Shown here: positions 1 to 8,558 of the stretch, piece by piece
Position numbering within the stretch: the stretch's first letter is position 1
Layout: each line of letters begins with the position of its first letter
DNA from: Anaerolineales bacterium
Lineage (GTDB): Bacteria; Chloroflexota; Anaerolineae; Anaerolineales; UBA11579
Direction: 5' to 3'
Assembly (NCBI GenBank): GCA_021463845.1
Contig: JAJTXV010000001.1
Coordinates: 646,174 to 710,173 of the forward strand
Length of the DNA: 64,000 bases
Notes under the pieces: model-generated
Told to the model about the DNA's origin: nothing
What the model saw: the letters and a program-made list of their open reading frames with translations, nothing else
Database searches by the model: none
Translations under genes and position numbers: made by a program

Positions 1-1
1 A

Positions 2-685
2 CGCGCCGAGCTGGACATTACCAAGCTGGCGCTCGCCCAGGTGACCGACCAGTTCCTGGCCTATATGCGCACGCTGCAGGAGCTCAAAGCCGAGCGCGTC
101 TCCGAATTCATTGTCGTGGCCGCCCGCTTGATGCAGATCAAGTCTGAGGCGCTGCTGCCGCGCCCGGTTGTGCGCCAGCCTGACGAAGAGGACCCCGGCG
201 AAGCGCTGGTGCAGCAGCTGCTGCTCTATAAGCGCTTCAAGGAGCTGGCCAGCCTGCTGACCCTGCGCCAGGACGGCGCGCTGCGCAGCTACTTGCGCAT
301 GGCCCCGCCTCCCAAGGTGGAAGGCCGCCTAGATCTGAGCGGCATGACTGCCGAGGACGTATACCGCGCCGCCATGAAAGTGTATGCCAAGGCGGATGCA
401 CGCGCGCCGTTGCGCACCGTGGTGGCCGCCCCGCGCGTGACCATTCGCGAGAAGATCAAGGCCATCGCGGATGTGCTGCGTCAAAAGACCGTCACAACCT
501 TCCGTGAGCTGGTCTCCAAGACTCCGGACCGCCTGCATGTGGTAGTGACCTTTCTGGCCATGCTGGAGCTGGTGCGCCGTTACCGCATCGCCGCCAAACA
601 GGATGATCTCTTCCAGGAGATCGAGCTACGCCGTGACGAGAATTGGAACGAAACCCTGGACTTTGAGTTGGAGTTCACGGAGTAA
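2..685 (+). CDS. scpA: Segregation and condensation protein A (ScpA), 5' end cut by window edge
   Basis: The frame is open from base 2 (RAELDITKLALAQVTDQFLAYMRTLQ...), so the GTG at 41 in the ORF track is internal. The sequence is ScpA-like throughout (IVVAARLMQIKSEALLP, C-terminal VVTFLAMLELV). Confidence 0.85.
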   Translation, partial: RAELDITKLALAQVTDQFLAYMRTLQELKAERVSEFIVVAARLMQIKSEALLPRPVVRQPDEEDPGEALVQQLLLYKRFKELASLLTLRQDGALRSYLRMAPPPKVEGRLDLSGMTAEDVYRAAMKVYAKADARAPLRTVVAAPRVTIREKIKAIADVLRQKTVTTFRELVSKTPDRLHVVVTFLAMLELVRRYRIAAKQDDLFQEIELRRDENWNETLDFELEFTE

Positions 686-693
686 CTCGACTC

Positions 694-833
694 GTCATTC
701 CGACGAGGGCGAAGCCCGAGGAGGAATCCTTTAGGGCACTGCAAGAACCAGCTTGACTCTTATTGTCCTAAAGGATTCCTCGGCTAAGTAAATAGAATTC
801 AACGTAGACTTATGGATACCGCCTCGGAATGAC
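694..833. repeat. Nested-palindrome intergenic element, copy A (GTCATTCCGA...TCGGAATGAC family)
   Basis: GTCATTCCGACGAGGGCGAAGCCCGAGGAGGAATCC, then the inner inverted repeat TTTAGGGCAC...TTGTCCTAAA, then GGATTCCTC ... CGGAATGAC. Nearly identical to copy B over about 95 nt; the 3' arm is interrupted by about 35 extra nt. Confidence 0.85.
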
Positions 834-852
834 GCAGATTTCAAAACACCTT

Positions 853-966
853 GTCATTCCGACGAGGGCGAAGCCCGAGGAGGAATCCTTTTAGGGCACT
901 GCAAGAACCCGCTTGACTCTTATTGTCCTAAAGGATTCCTCACTCGCTACGCTCGTTCGGAATGAC
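853..966. repeat. Nested-palindrome intergenic element, copy B
   Basis: Same outer arms (GTCATTCCGACGAGGGCGAAGCCCGAGGAGGAATCC / GGATTCCTCACTCGCTACGCTCGTTCGGAATGAC) and same inner palindrome as copy A. In direct orientation, 159 bp downstream of copy A. Confidence 0.85.
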
Positions 967-977
967 TAAACACCACG

Positions 978-1271
978 ATGCCCTACTACGTCTACATCAT
1001 GTCCAACCGCACGCGCACGATCTATACAGGCGTAACCAGCAACCTGGAAGGCCGGGTCGCACAGCACAAAGCCAAGAAGATTGACGGATTTACCAAGAAG
1101 TACGACATAACCAGCCTGGTTTACTATGAGGAACTTCGCACGGCACTTGAAGCAATAAGCCGCGAAAAGCAATTAAAATCCTTCCGTAGGGCAAAGAAGA
1201 TGGCCCTCATAAAATCACTCAACCCCAAGTGGCAAGACTTAGCTGAGGATTGGGAAACAGATGCCCCCTAA
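978..1271 (+). CDS. Stand-alone GIY-YIG nuclease family protein (UPF0213-like)
   Basis: 97 aa. YYVYIMSN..RTIYTGVTSNLEGRVAQHK ... YYEE...AISREKQLK matches the GIY-(N10)-YIG plus conserved R/E/K layout of small GIY-YIG proteins. Confidence 0.8.
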   Translation: MPYYVYIMSNRTRTIYTGVTSNLEGRVAQHKAKKIDGFTKKYDITSLVYYEELRTALEAISREKQLKSFRRAKKMALIKSLNPKWQDLAEDWETDAP

Positions 1272-3372
1272 GAAAACCACCAAAACCGCCCGCTCAAAGA
1301 ATGCTAGGGCCAAGGCAACCAAGAAGCCTGCCGCATCAGCACCCAAAGTAGACTGGGCGCAAGTCGCCCGGCTGCTGCTCACTTCACGTACCATCGACGA
1401 GATCGAAGAGCAGGAGCTGGCTCCTGCCGGCAAGGTAACCTACCAGTTCTCCTCCAAAGGGCACGAGCTCTCGCAGATCCTGCTTGGCCTGCAGCTCACC
1501 CAGGGGCACGACGCCGCCACGGTGTACTACCGTTCGCGGCCGTTCATGCTCGCCGCCGGCCTGACCCCGCAGGAAGCCTTCGCCGCCGATATGGCCCGCA
1601 CTGGCTCGCCGTCCGAAGGGCGCGATGTCGGCGTGGTGTACAGCCTTCCGCCGCGCCGTGGCGTGACGGTGCTGCCCTCCTCCGGCGATGTGGGCGCCCA
1701 ATACACGCCCGCCGCCGGCTGGGCGCAGGCCATCACCTACTACCAGAACGAGCTCAAAGACAAGGACTGGAAGAATGCCGTCGCAGTTGCCTTGGGCGGC
1801 GACGGTTCGGTGGCTACCAATGGGTTTTGGGCTGCGCTTACCATCGCCACCACGCTTGAGCTGCCCATGCTGTTCTTCATTGAGGACAACGGCTACGGCA
1901 TTTCCGTACCGCGTCACTACCAAACTCCCGGCGGCGACATCAGCGCCAACTTGCAGTCGTTCAAGAACCTGCGCATCACGACTGGCTCAGGCACTGCACC
2001 TGCTGAAGCCGCCAGCCTGATCGCGGACGCGGTCGGCTATGTACGCTCCGGCGCCGGCCCGGCCCTGCTCAAACTCAATGTGCCGCGCCTCACCGGCCAC
2101 ACCTTTGGCGAGGACCAGACCGCCTACAAGAGCGAGAAGCAGCTCAAAGAAGAGCGCAGCCGCGACCCGATCGAAACGCTGCGCAAGCACCTCGGCGCCA
2201 AGTTTGATTGGGATGGGCTCAAAGCCGAGGTCGAGCACGACGTGCGCAAGCAGTTGGCCGCGGCCGAGCAGAATCCGGAGCCGGCCGCTCTCACTGGCAC
2301 GCTGCACCTCCTCGCCAGTGGAGAGCACCGCGCCCAAGTGCCGCACACCCTCAACAAGCCCGCGCTGCGCTTTGACGCTCAGCCCGCCGCGGATGGCGCA
2401 CGTATCAACATGTCCGAAGCCATTCGCCGCACGATGGAAGTTGAGCTCGAGCACAACCCGCGCCTGCTCATCTTCGGCGAAGATGTTGGCCCGCGTGGCG
2501 GTGTGCACCGCGTCACGCTCGACCTGCAAAAGAAGTACGGCGCGGCCCGCGTCTTCGACACCTCGCTGTCCGAAGAGGGCATCATCGGCCGCGCCGCTGG
2601 CATCGCCCTGGCTGGCCTTACCGCCCTGCCTGAGATCCAGTTCCGTAAATATGCCGACCCGGCCACCGAGCAGATCAACGACACCGGCTGGATCCGCTGG
2701 CGCACCAACGGCAAGTTCGCCGCCCCGGTCGTGATCCGCATCCCCGTCGGCTACAGCAAGAAAACCGGCGACCCCTGGCACTCCGTCTCGGGCGAAGCCA
2801 TCTACGCCCACAGCCTGGGCTGGCGGGTGGCCATGCCCTCGAATGCCGCCGATGCGGTTGGCCTGCTGCGCGCCGCCCTGCGCGGGCAAGACCCCACCAT
2901 CTTCCTCGAGCACCGCGCCCTGTACGACACGCCGCCTTCGCGCCGCCCATACCCGGGCGACGAGTATGCCCTGCCCTTCGGCCAGGCCGCGATTGTGCAG
3001 CCGGGCAGCCAGCTCACCGTGGTGAGCTGGGGCGAGATGCTGCACCGCTGCCTGGAAGCCGCCGAACCCTTCGCCGGCCAGGTGGAGATCATTGACCTGC
3101 GCACCGTCTCACCCTGGGATCGCGAAGCCGTACTGGCCTCGGTGCGCAAGACCGGGCGCTGCCTGGTGGCCCACGAGGATACGCACACGGGCGGCTTCGG
3201 CGGCGAGATCGCCGCCACCGTAGCACAAGACGCCTTTGCCTATCTCGACGCGCCGGTTTCTCGCATCACCACGCCAGACGCGCTTATCCCTTACAACATC
3301 GCTTTGATGAACGCCATCATCCCCAGTGTGGAGGCCTTACGAACACGTATAGAAGAATTGCTCAAGTGGTAG
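1261..3372 (+). CDS. Thiamine-diphosphate-dependent 2-oxoacid dehydrogenase E1 component, fused alpha/beta subunits
   Basis: 703 aa. The alpha part has the TPP motif GGDGSVATNGFW...FFIEDNGYGISV. The beta part has FGEDVG..GGVHRVT..L...YG..RVFDTSLSEEGIIG. There is a roughly 30-aa Lys-rich N-terminal tail, and the start overlaps the GIY-YIG stop. Confidence 0.85.
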   Translation: MPPKKTTKTARSKNARAKATKKPAASAPKVDWAQVARLLLTSRTIDEIEEQELAPAGKVTYQFSSKGHELSQILLGLQLTQGHDAATVYYRSRPFMLAAGLTPQEAFAADMARTGSPSEGRDVGVVYSLPPRRGVTVLPSSGDVGAQYTPAAGWAQAITYYQNELKDKDWKNAVAVALGGDGSVATNGFWAALTIATTLELPMLFFIEDNGYGISVPRHYQTPGGDISANLQSFKNLRITTGSGTAPAEAASLIADAVGYVRSGAGPALLKLNVPRLTGHTFGEDQTAYKSEKQLKEERSRDPIETLRKHLGAKFDWDGLKAEVEHDVRKQLAAAEQNPEPAALTGTLHLLASGEHRAQVPHTLNKPALRFDAQPAADGARINMSEAIRRTMEVELEHNPRLLIFGEDVGPRGGVHRVTLDLQKKYGAARVFDTSLSEEGIIGRAAGIALAGLTALPEIQFRKYADPATEQINDTGWIRWRTNGKFAAPVVIRIPVGYSKKTGDPWHSVSGEAIYAHSLGWRVAMPSNAADAVGLLRAALRGQDPTIFLEHRALYDTPPSRRPYPGDEYALPFGQAAIVQPGSQLTVVSWGEMLHRCLEAAEPFAGQVEIIDLRTVSPWDREAVLASVRKTGRCLVAHEDTHTGGFGGEIAATVAQDAFAYLDAPVSRITTPDALIPYNIALMNAIIPSVEALRTRIEELLKW

Positions 3373-3746
3373 CTCTCGGCGCCCTGGCAGCCAGCCTATT
3401 GGCTGCCTGCGGCGGCCCGCCTGAGACCACGCTGCCAACCGAGCCTGTTGTCGAACTCAGCCCGCAGGAACAGCAGGGCAAGCGTCTCTTCAGCCAGTAT
3501 TGCGGCGCCTGCCACAGCATCGTCGGCGAGGCCACCATCGTTGGCCCCGCCATGACCGGCATTGCGGTCCGCGCTGAAACCCGCATTGAGGGCATGAGCG
3601 CCCACGACTATCTGGTCGAATCCATCCTTGACCCCGGCGCCTACCTGGTGCCCGGCTTCGACAACCTGATGCCCAGCACCTGGGGCACCACCCTCACGGG
3701 CGAAGAGATGGATGCGATCATCGCCTTCATGCTGACACTCAAATAG
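3366..3746 (+). CDS. Mono-haem c-type cytochrome, probable lipoprotein
   Basis: 126 aa. Lipobox-like LLAACGG and a single CXXCH motif (CGACH). The GTG start overlaps the stop of the E1 gene. Confidence 0.75.
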   Translation: MVALGALAASLLAACGGPPETTLPTEPVVELSPQEQQGKRLFSQYCGACHSIVGEATIVGPAMTGIAVRAETRIEGMSAHDYLVESILDPGAYLVPGFDNLMPSTWGTTLTGEEMDAIIAFMLTLK

Positions 3747-3763
3747 ACGTACAGGGTTATTAT

Positions 3764-3801
3764 CCTGTGAACACTATTCCTTGCGGAATAGTGTTCACAG
3801 G
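3764..3801. promoter_or_regulatory. Perfect 17-bp inverted repeat with 4-nt spacer (RNA hairpin or operator candidate)
   Basis: CCTGTGAACACTATTCC-TTGC-GGAATAGTGTTCACAGG lies between the cytochrome c stop (3746) and the AGGAG/ATG (3827) of the peroxidase gene. No U-run follows it. Confidence 0.5.
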
Positions 3802-3826
3802 ACTTAAAGAGGAGATTGATTCGCCG

Positions 3827-6067
3827 ATGAAAACATTACTGACCTGGGTTCTTCGCATTCTTGGCCTGCTGCTGGCCGCGTTGGTGATCGCGCTGGCCGT
3901 GGCGGCCTTCACCCCCGTGCCGCACGACGAGCTGCCCGCCGTGTACGGGGCCGGCGCCAGTTCCGTGCAGCCTTCTACCACTGGCTTGCTGCGCGCCTTC
4001 CCAGAACTCAACTCTCCGATCGACAATCCGCAAACGCCACAAAAAGCCGAGCTTGGCCGCCTGTTGTTCTTCGACCCGGTGCTCTCCGAAAGTAACGAGA
4101 TGAGCTGCGCCAGCTGCCATCACCCGGACCTGGGCTTCTCCGACGGCATGCAATTGGCCCAAGGTGTGAACGGCGAAGTGCAGCGCAATGCCCTCAGCTT
4201 GTGGAACGTTGGCTACAGCGCCCACTTCTTCTGGGACGGCCGCGCCCCTTCACTCGAAGCGCAGGTGCTGGTGCCGCTTGAGCACCCCAACGAAATGCAG
4301 GTCGGCGACCGCGCCGCGCTGGAAGCCGAGCTGGCTGCCATCCCTGGCTATGTAGACCTCTTCGAAAATGCCTTCCCCGGCGAGCCCATTACCGTGCTCA
4401 ATGTGCAGCGCGCCCTGGCCGCCTTTGAGCGCACGCTCATCAGCAATGACAGCCCCTTCGATGCCTACGCCGCCGGCCAGCTGGACGCGCTGACCGCCAG
4501 CCAGCGCCGCGGCTTCGCCATCTTCCGCTCGGCGGCCACGCGCTGCTTTGAGTGCCACACCGCGCCCACCTTCGGCAACGATACCTTCCGCATCACCGGC
4601 GTGGCAGACCTGCCCGATCAGGAGCACGACACCGGCCGCGCCGCGGTGGGCGATGCGCCCGATGGCGCCTTCAAGGTGCCCACCCTGCGCAACATCGTGC
4701 TGAGCGCGCCGTACATGCACAACGGCATCTTCTCCAGCCTGGAGGAAGTGATCGACTTCTACGCGGCGGGCGGCGGGCGTGCTGACGGCATCGCGAATGT
4801 CGACCCGCTCATCCGCGCCTTTGAACTCACCGATCAGGAAAAGACCGACCTGATCGCGTTCCTCTACAGCCTCACCGATGAAAGCACCCTGCCCGCCATC
4901 CCCAGTGCGGTGCCCTCCGGCCTGCCGGTGGTGACGCCGTTGCGCAACCCGCAGCGCGACATTGCCAGTGAGACCAACGCCAACCCCAGCGGTGAAACCG
5001 TGGGCAGTGGCAGCGGCCAGCAGATCGAAGTGCAGGCTGGCGAGACAATCCAGGCTGCCGTAGACCGGGCTCGCTCTGGCGATACCGTGCTCATTCCCTA
5101 CGGCGTCTACAACGAGCGCGTCGTGGTGGACCTCAACGACATCACCATCCTCGGCGTGCCCAACGATGCCGGCGAGAACCCCATTCTGGACGGTCAGGGC
5201 AAGCTCACCGAAGCGGTCATCGCCTCAGGCAATGACTTTGAGATCGGCTACCTGACCGTCAAGAACTACACCGACAATGGCGTCATCGTTGAGGGTGTAA
5301 CCAATGTGTACATGCACCATATCTACGCCGAGAACACTGGCACCTACGGCCTGTACCCTGTGCAAAGCACTGGGGTGCTGATCGAATACAGTGAAGTCAC
5401 CGGCGTGGACGATGCCGGGATCTATGCCGGGCAGAGTGAGGATGTGGTGATCCGTCACAACGTCTTGCACGGCAACGTGCTGGGCATCGAGGCTGAGAAC
5501 ACGGTGGGCGCCGAGCTGTACGGCAACCACGCCTACAACAATACCTGCGGCATTCTGGTTGTGGTGCTGCCTCACCTCACCTCCAAAGTGTCGCTCAATA
5601 CGGTGGTGTACGACAATCTGATCGAAGCCAACAACCACAGCAACTTTGCCAAAGAAGGCACGGCGGCTGCCATCATGCCGCCCGGCACCGGCATCGCCCT
5701 GATCGGCTCCGACAATGTTGAGGTCTACAACAACACCATCCGAGACAACAACACCGGCGGCATCGGCATCTTCAGCCTGACCATCGCCTTCGACAAGAGC
5801 GAGATCGATGTGGGTGACCGCCCCGAGAACATTCACATCTACGGCAACCTGCTGAGCGGCAACGGCCAGCAGCCGGATCCGTTCCTGGCCCAGCTTGGAG
5901 TGCCCGGCTCCGACATCCTGTGGGATGTCAGTGGCGCTGGCCTGAAAGTGGACCAGCCCGAGGACATCAGCATCTTCCCGCCGCTGCTGCCCACCTCCAC
6001 CTGGGGTGATTGGGCCTACAACATGTACTGGAACACGCTCAACTTCCTGATCGGCTTGATCAGCTAA
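3827..6067 (+). CDS. Di-haem cytochrome c peroxidase (CCP/MauG family) fused to a right-handed parallel beta-helix (NosD/PbH1-like) domain
   Basis: ATG 3827 is preceded by AGGAG, and the ORF-track start at 3767 lies inside the palindrome. There is an N-terminal TM/signal. Two CXXCH motifs (CASCH, CFECH) and FKVPTLRNIVLSAPYMHNG mark the peroxidase part. The C-terminal ~350 aa have recurring G.I...S.NV.I.NN repeats typical of parallel beta-helix proteins. Confidence 0.75.
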   Translation: MKTLLTWVLRILGLLLAALVIALAVAAFTPVPHDELPAVYGAGASSVQPSTTGLLRAFPELNSPIDNPQTPQKAELGRLLFFDPVLSESNEMSCASCHHPDLGFSDGMQLAQGVNGEVQRNALSLWNVGYSAHFFWDGRAPSLEAQVLVPLEHPNEMQVGDRAALEAELAAIPGYVDLFENAFPGEPITVLNVQRALAAFERTLISNDSPFDAYAAGQLDALTASQRRGFAIFRSAATRCFECHTAPTFGNDTFRITGVADLPDQEHDTGRAAVGDAPDGAFKVPTLRNIVLSAPYMHNGIFSSLEEVIDFYAAGGGRADGIANVDPLIRAFELTDQEKTDLIAFLYSLTDESTLPAIPSAVPSGLPVVTPLRNPQRDIASETNANPSGETVGSGSGQQIEVQAGETIQAAVDRARSGDTVLIPYGVYNERVVVDLNDITILGVPNDAGENPILDGQGKLTEAVIASGNDFEIGYLTVKNYTDNGVIVEGVTNVYMHHIYAENTGTYGLYPVQSTGVLIEYSEVTGVDDAGIYAGQSEDVVIRHNVLHGNVLGIEAENTVGAELYGNHAYNNTCGILVVVLPHLTSKVSLNTVVYDNLIEANNHSNFAKEGTAAAIMPPGTGIALIGSDNVEVYNNTIRDNNTGGIGIFSLTIAFDKSEIDVGDRPENIHIYGNLLSGNGQQPDPFLAQLGVPGSDILWDVSGAGLKVDQPEDISIFPPLLPTSTWGDWAYNMYWNTLNFLIGLIS

Positions 6068-6090
6068 CCGCGAGCCAAGCTCGCCGAAAA

Positions 6091-6121
6091 GAGCCTATGG
6101 CAAACGCCATAGGCTCTTTTT
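6091..6121 (+). terminator. Rho-independent terminator
   Basis: GAGCCTATGG-CAAACG-CCATAGGCTC followed by TTTTT. Confidence 0.8.
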
Positions 6122-6230
6122 ATGCCTGCCCGCCGCCGCACTCGGCGCTCAACTGTGCTAAAATTCCACGCTTTTAATCAACTCGCTCTTGGCCGCGCAG
6201 CTGAGGGCTTGCCCACGAGAAGGAGTTTAG

Positions 6231-6521
6231 ATGCGCAAGTACGAAGTAACCTTTATTGCCCACCCCGACCTTGACGGCGAAGCCTTCAAGGCCCTCAACG
6301 AACAAGTCCAGGGCTGGGTATCCAACGCTGGCGGCAAGATCGAGAAGACCGACGTGTGGGGCAAGCGCAAGCTGGCCTACCCCATCAAGAAGCAGGCCGA
6401 GGGCCAATACGTGCTCCTGCACGCTGAGATGGACCCTGCCTCCTGTGCTGAGCTGGAACGCCAGTTCCGCCTGCAAGAATCCGTCATGCGCTTCCTCATC
6501 GTGGCGGTAGACGAGGACTAA
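6231..6521 (+). CDS. rpsF: 30S ribosomal protein S6
   Basis: 96 aa. MRKYEVTFIAHPDLD...KRKLAYPIKK...GQYVL is the canonical S6 sequence. GAAGGAG lies upstream. Confidence 0.95.
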   Translation: MRKYEVTFIAHPDLDGEAFKALNEQVQGWVSNAGGKIEKTDVWGKRKLAYPIKKQAEGQYVLLHAEMDPASCAELERQFRLQESVMRFLIVAVDED

Positions 6522-6539
6522 CCCTCGTACAGAGGCACC

Positions 6540-6956
6540 ATGAGCCGCGGCCTCAACAAAGTGATGCTCATCGGCCATCTTGGCCGAGACCCTGAGCTGC
6601 GCTACACGCCCGGCAACCGGGCGGTAGCCAGCTTCAGCCTGGCCAGCAGCCAAAGCTGGACCACAGCCGAGGGTGAAAAGCGCACCGAGACCGAGTGGTT
6701 CAAAGTAGTGGCCTGGGCTGGCCTGGCCGAATTCGCAAACCAGTACCTCAAAAAGGGCCAGCAAGTCTACATAGAGGGACGGCTAAAGACACGGCGCTGG
6801 AAAGATGAGCAAGGTAACCCGCGCAGCATTGTTGAAGTGGTGGTGCGCGAGATATTGATGCTTAGTGAGCGCCGCGAAAAGCTGGAGCCTGAAGCTGAGG
6901 CCAGCTTCCCCGAAGATACGTACCCCGAAGGCGAAGAAGACGAGTTCCCCTTCTAG
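6540..6956 (+). CDS. ssb: Single-stranded DNA-binding protein
   Basis: 138 aa. The OB-fold N-terminus is NKVMLIGHLGRDPELRYTPGN, and the acidic C-terminal tip EEDEFPF is typical of SSB. Confidence 0.95.
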   Translation: MSRGLNKVMLIGHLGRDPELRYTPGNRAVASFSLASSQSWTTAEGEKRTETEWFKVVAWAGLAEFANQYLKKGQQVYIEGRLKTRRWKDEQGNPRSIVEVVVREILMLSERREKLEPEAEASFPEDTYPEGEEDEFPF

Positions 6957-6983
6957 AGAAGTTCATCTCGCAGAAAGTACAGC

Positions 6984-8228
6984 ATGGCTCGTAAATCTTT
7001 CAATCTCACTCCCAAAAATCTGGTCGGCGCCGAGCGCGACCAGTTCTACAGCCGCTTGCTCACCATTGGCACGGCCGTGGTCGTGCTGCTGGTGGTTGGC
7101 CTGGTGGGCTACTCCATCTTGCAGCAGAGCTACATCATCCCGCGCCAGACCCTGGCCGAAGTGGAAGGCACCGCCATCACTGGCGAACAGTTCCAGCAGC
7201 GCGTACGCCTCAACCGCACTCGCCTGGTCAATACCTTTCTGCAGTATTACCAGATGCAAAGCATCGTGATGGACCCCACCTTCCAGCAGCAGATCTATGT
7301 CCAGCTGCTTGGCTTGCAGCAGGAACTGGATCCTCTGGTGACGGGTGAAAACACGTTGAACGAACTCATCGATGACGAGCTGCTCAAGCTCGAAGCCGCT
7401 GAGCTGGGCATCACCGTCAGTGCAGCGGATGTGGACCGCGAGCTGCAAACATTCTTTGGCTATTTCCCTGACGGCACACCCACCAGCGTGCCAACCCGCA
7501 CGCCGTATGCCACCGCCACCTTCACTGCTCTGCAGTTGGAGATGCTCGGCGCCACTCCCACTTCTGAAGTGCCGCCCACGGCCACCGCAACCCTGGCGCC
7601 CGTGCCCACTGGCACCGCGGCCCCCACGGCCACTCCGGTGACCGAGGAGGGCTACCGCGGCCTGCTGACCGAGTACTTCAACAGCCAGAGCGCGGACTCC
7701 CAAATTAGCGAACAAGCCATCCGTGAGGCCATCTACGCCGGCCTGCTGCGCCAGGCCTTCCGTGAGCGCCTGGAAGGCGATGTGGCCCGTACGGAAGAGC
7801 AGGTTTGGGCCCGTCACATCCTCGTGGCCACCCAAGAAGAAGCCGACGACGTGATTGCCCGCCTGGATGCTGGCGAGGACTGGGCCATCATTGCTGCGGA
7901 AGTCTCCACCGATATGTCCAACCGCAATATTGGCGGCGACCTGGGCTGGTTCAACCGTGAGCGCATGGTTGCGCCATTCGCAGAGGCCGCCTTCAGTCTG
8001 CGCGTCGGCCAGACCAGTGACCCCGTGCAGACCGACTTCGGCTGGCACATCATCCAGGTGCTCGGCCACCAGGAGCAGCCCGTAAGCGAAGAAGACTTCA
8101 ACCAGCGCGTCTACACTGTGCTGAACGATTACCTGGCTGGGTTGCGCGAGAAATATTCCTGGGAGATCATTGGCGAGCGCTGGAAAGCCGCCACCCCAGA
8201 CAAGCCTAGTTTGCCCGCTTTGCAATAA
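6984..8228 (+). CDS. Parvulin-type peptidyl-prolyl cis-trans isomerase (SurA/PrsA-like), membrane anchored
   Basis: 414 aa. An N-terminal TM (LLTIGTAVVVLLVVGLVGY) is followed by the PpiC domain ARHILV...GGDLGWF.R..MV..F..AAF.L.VGQ.SDPV.T.FGWHII. Confidence 0.85.
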   Translation: MARKSFNLTPKNLVGAERDQFYSRLLTIGTAVVVLLVVGLVGYSILQQSYIIPRQTLAEVEGTAITGEQFQQRVRLNRTRLVNTFLQYYQMQSIVMDPTFQQQIYVQLLGLQQELDPLVTGENTLNELIDDELLKLEAAELGITVSAADVDRELQTFFGYFPDGTPTSVPTRTPYATATFTALQLEMLGATPTSEVPPTATATLAPVPTGTAAPTATPVTEEGYRGLLTEYFNSQSADSQISEQAIREAIYAGLLRQAFRERLEGDVARTEEQVWARHILVATQEEADDVIARLDAGEDWAIIAAEVSTDMSNRNIGGDLGWFNRERMVAPFAEAAFSLRVGQTSDPVQTDFGWHIIQVLGHQEQPVSEEDFNQRVYTVLNDYLAGLREKYSWEIIGERWKAATPDKPSLPALQ

Positions 8229-8264
8229 TAAAAAAGCCGCTCCAAATGGAGCGGCTTTTTTGTT
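8229..8264. terminator. Bidirectional rho-independent terminator
   Basis: AAAAAAGCCGCTCC-AAAT-GGAGCGGCTTTTTT has an A-run and a T-run flanking the stem. It sits between the convergent PPIase and PspC-domain genes. Confidence 0.85.
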
Positions 8265-8278
8265 TCAGGCTGTACGGA

Positions 8279-8476
8279 CTATTCAGCCGGGATGATCAGC
8301 CAGGCCAGGAAATACAGCAGCAGGCCGGGCACGCCCCCAGGCAGGAAAGCGATCACAAACGCCAGGCGGAACCAGAAGGTGCTGATGCCAAAGAAGGCGC
8401 CCAGGCCGCCACACACGCCTGCGAACACTCGGTCAGTACGGGAGCGGCGCAGCGGCCGCCCAGAAGCATTAAACAT
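8279..8476 (-). CDS. PspC domain-containing small membrane protein
   Basis: 65 aa. R....R...GVCGGLG.YFG......R..F.......G....Y...W...P is the PspC domain pattern. Confidence 0.8.
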   Translation of the reverse strand: MFNASGRPLRRSRTDRVFAGVCGGLGAFFGISTFWFRLAFVIAFLPGGVPGLLLYFLAWLIIPAE

Positions 8477-8558
8477 GTTTCACCTCGTCTCTAATCACTG
8501 AGCGAAAGCGCCCATCTGAATATGTACGCAAGTGCAACAGCTTGGTTGCATTTATTTT

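Noticed and set aside
3764-3801. CRP/FNR-type site (TGTGA...TCACA)
   Set aside because: The half-sites are 24 nt apart rather than 6, and the dyad extends over 17 bp per arm. It does not fit the CRP/FNR consensus geometry, so it is kept only as a generic hairpin or operator candidate.
6963-8225. 420-aa minus-strand ORF
   Set aside because: It is antisense to the well-supported parvulin-type PPIase gene, has no recognisable domain, and shows GC-rich antisense-frame composition. The same reasoning applies to 1987-3045, 15397-16248, 16899-17795, 28681-29661, 43257-44348 and the many ORFs antisense to smc.
6231-8228. Missing rpsR/rplI after rpsF-ssb
   Set aside because: The common rpsF-ssb-rpsR order is not universal, and rpsR may be elsewhere in the genome. 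Nothing in the sequence, such as a remnant or frameshift, suggests a decayed rpsR here.
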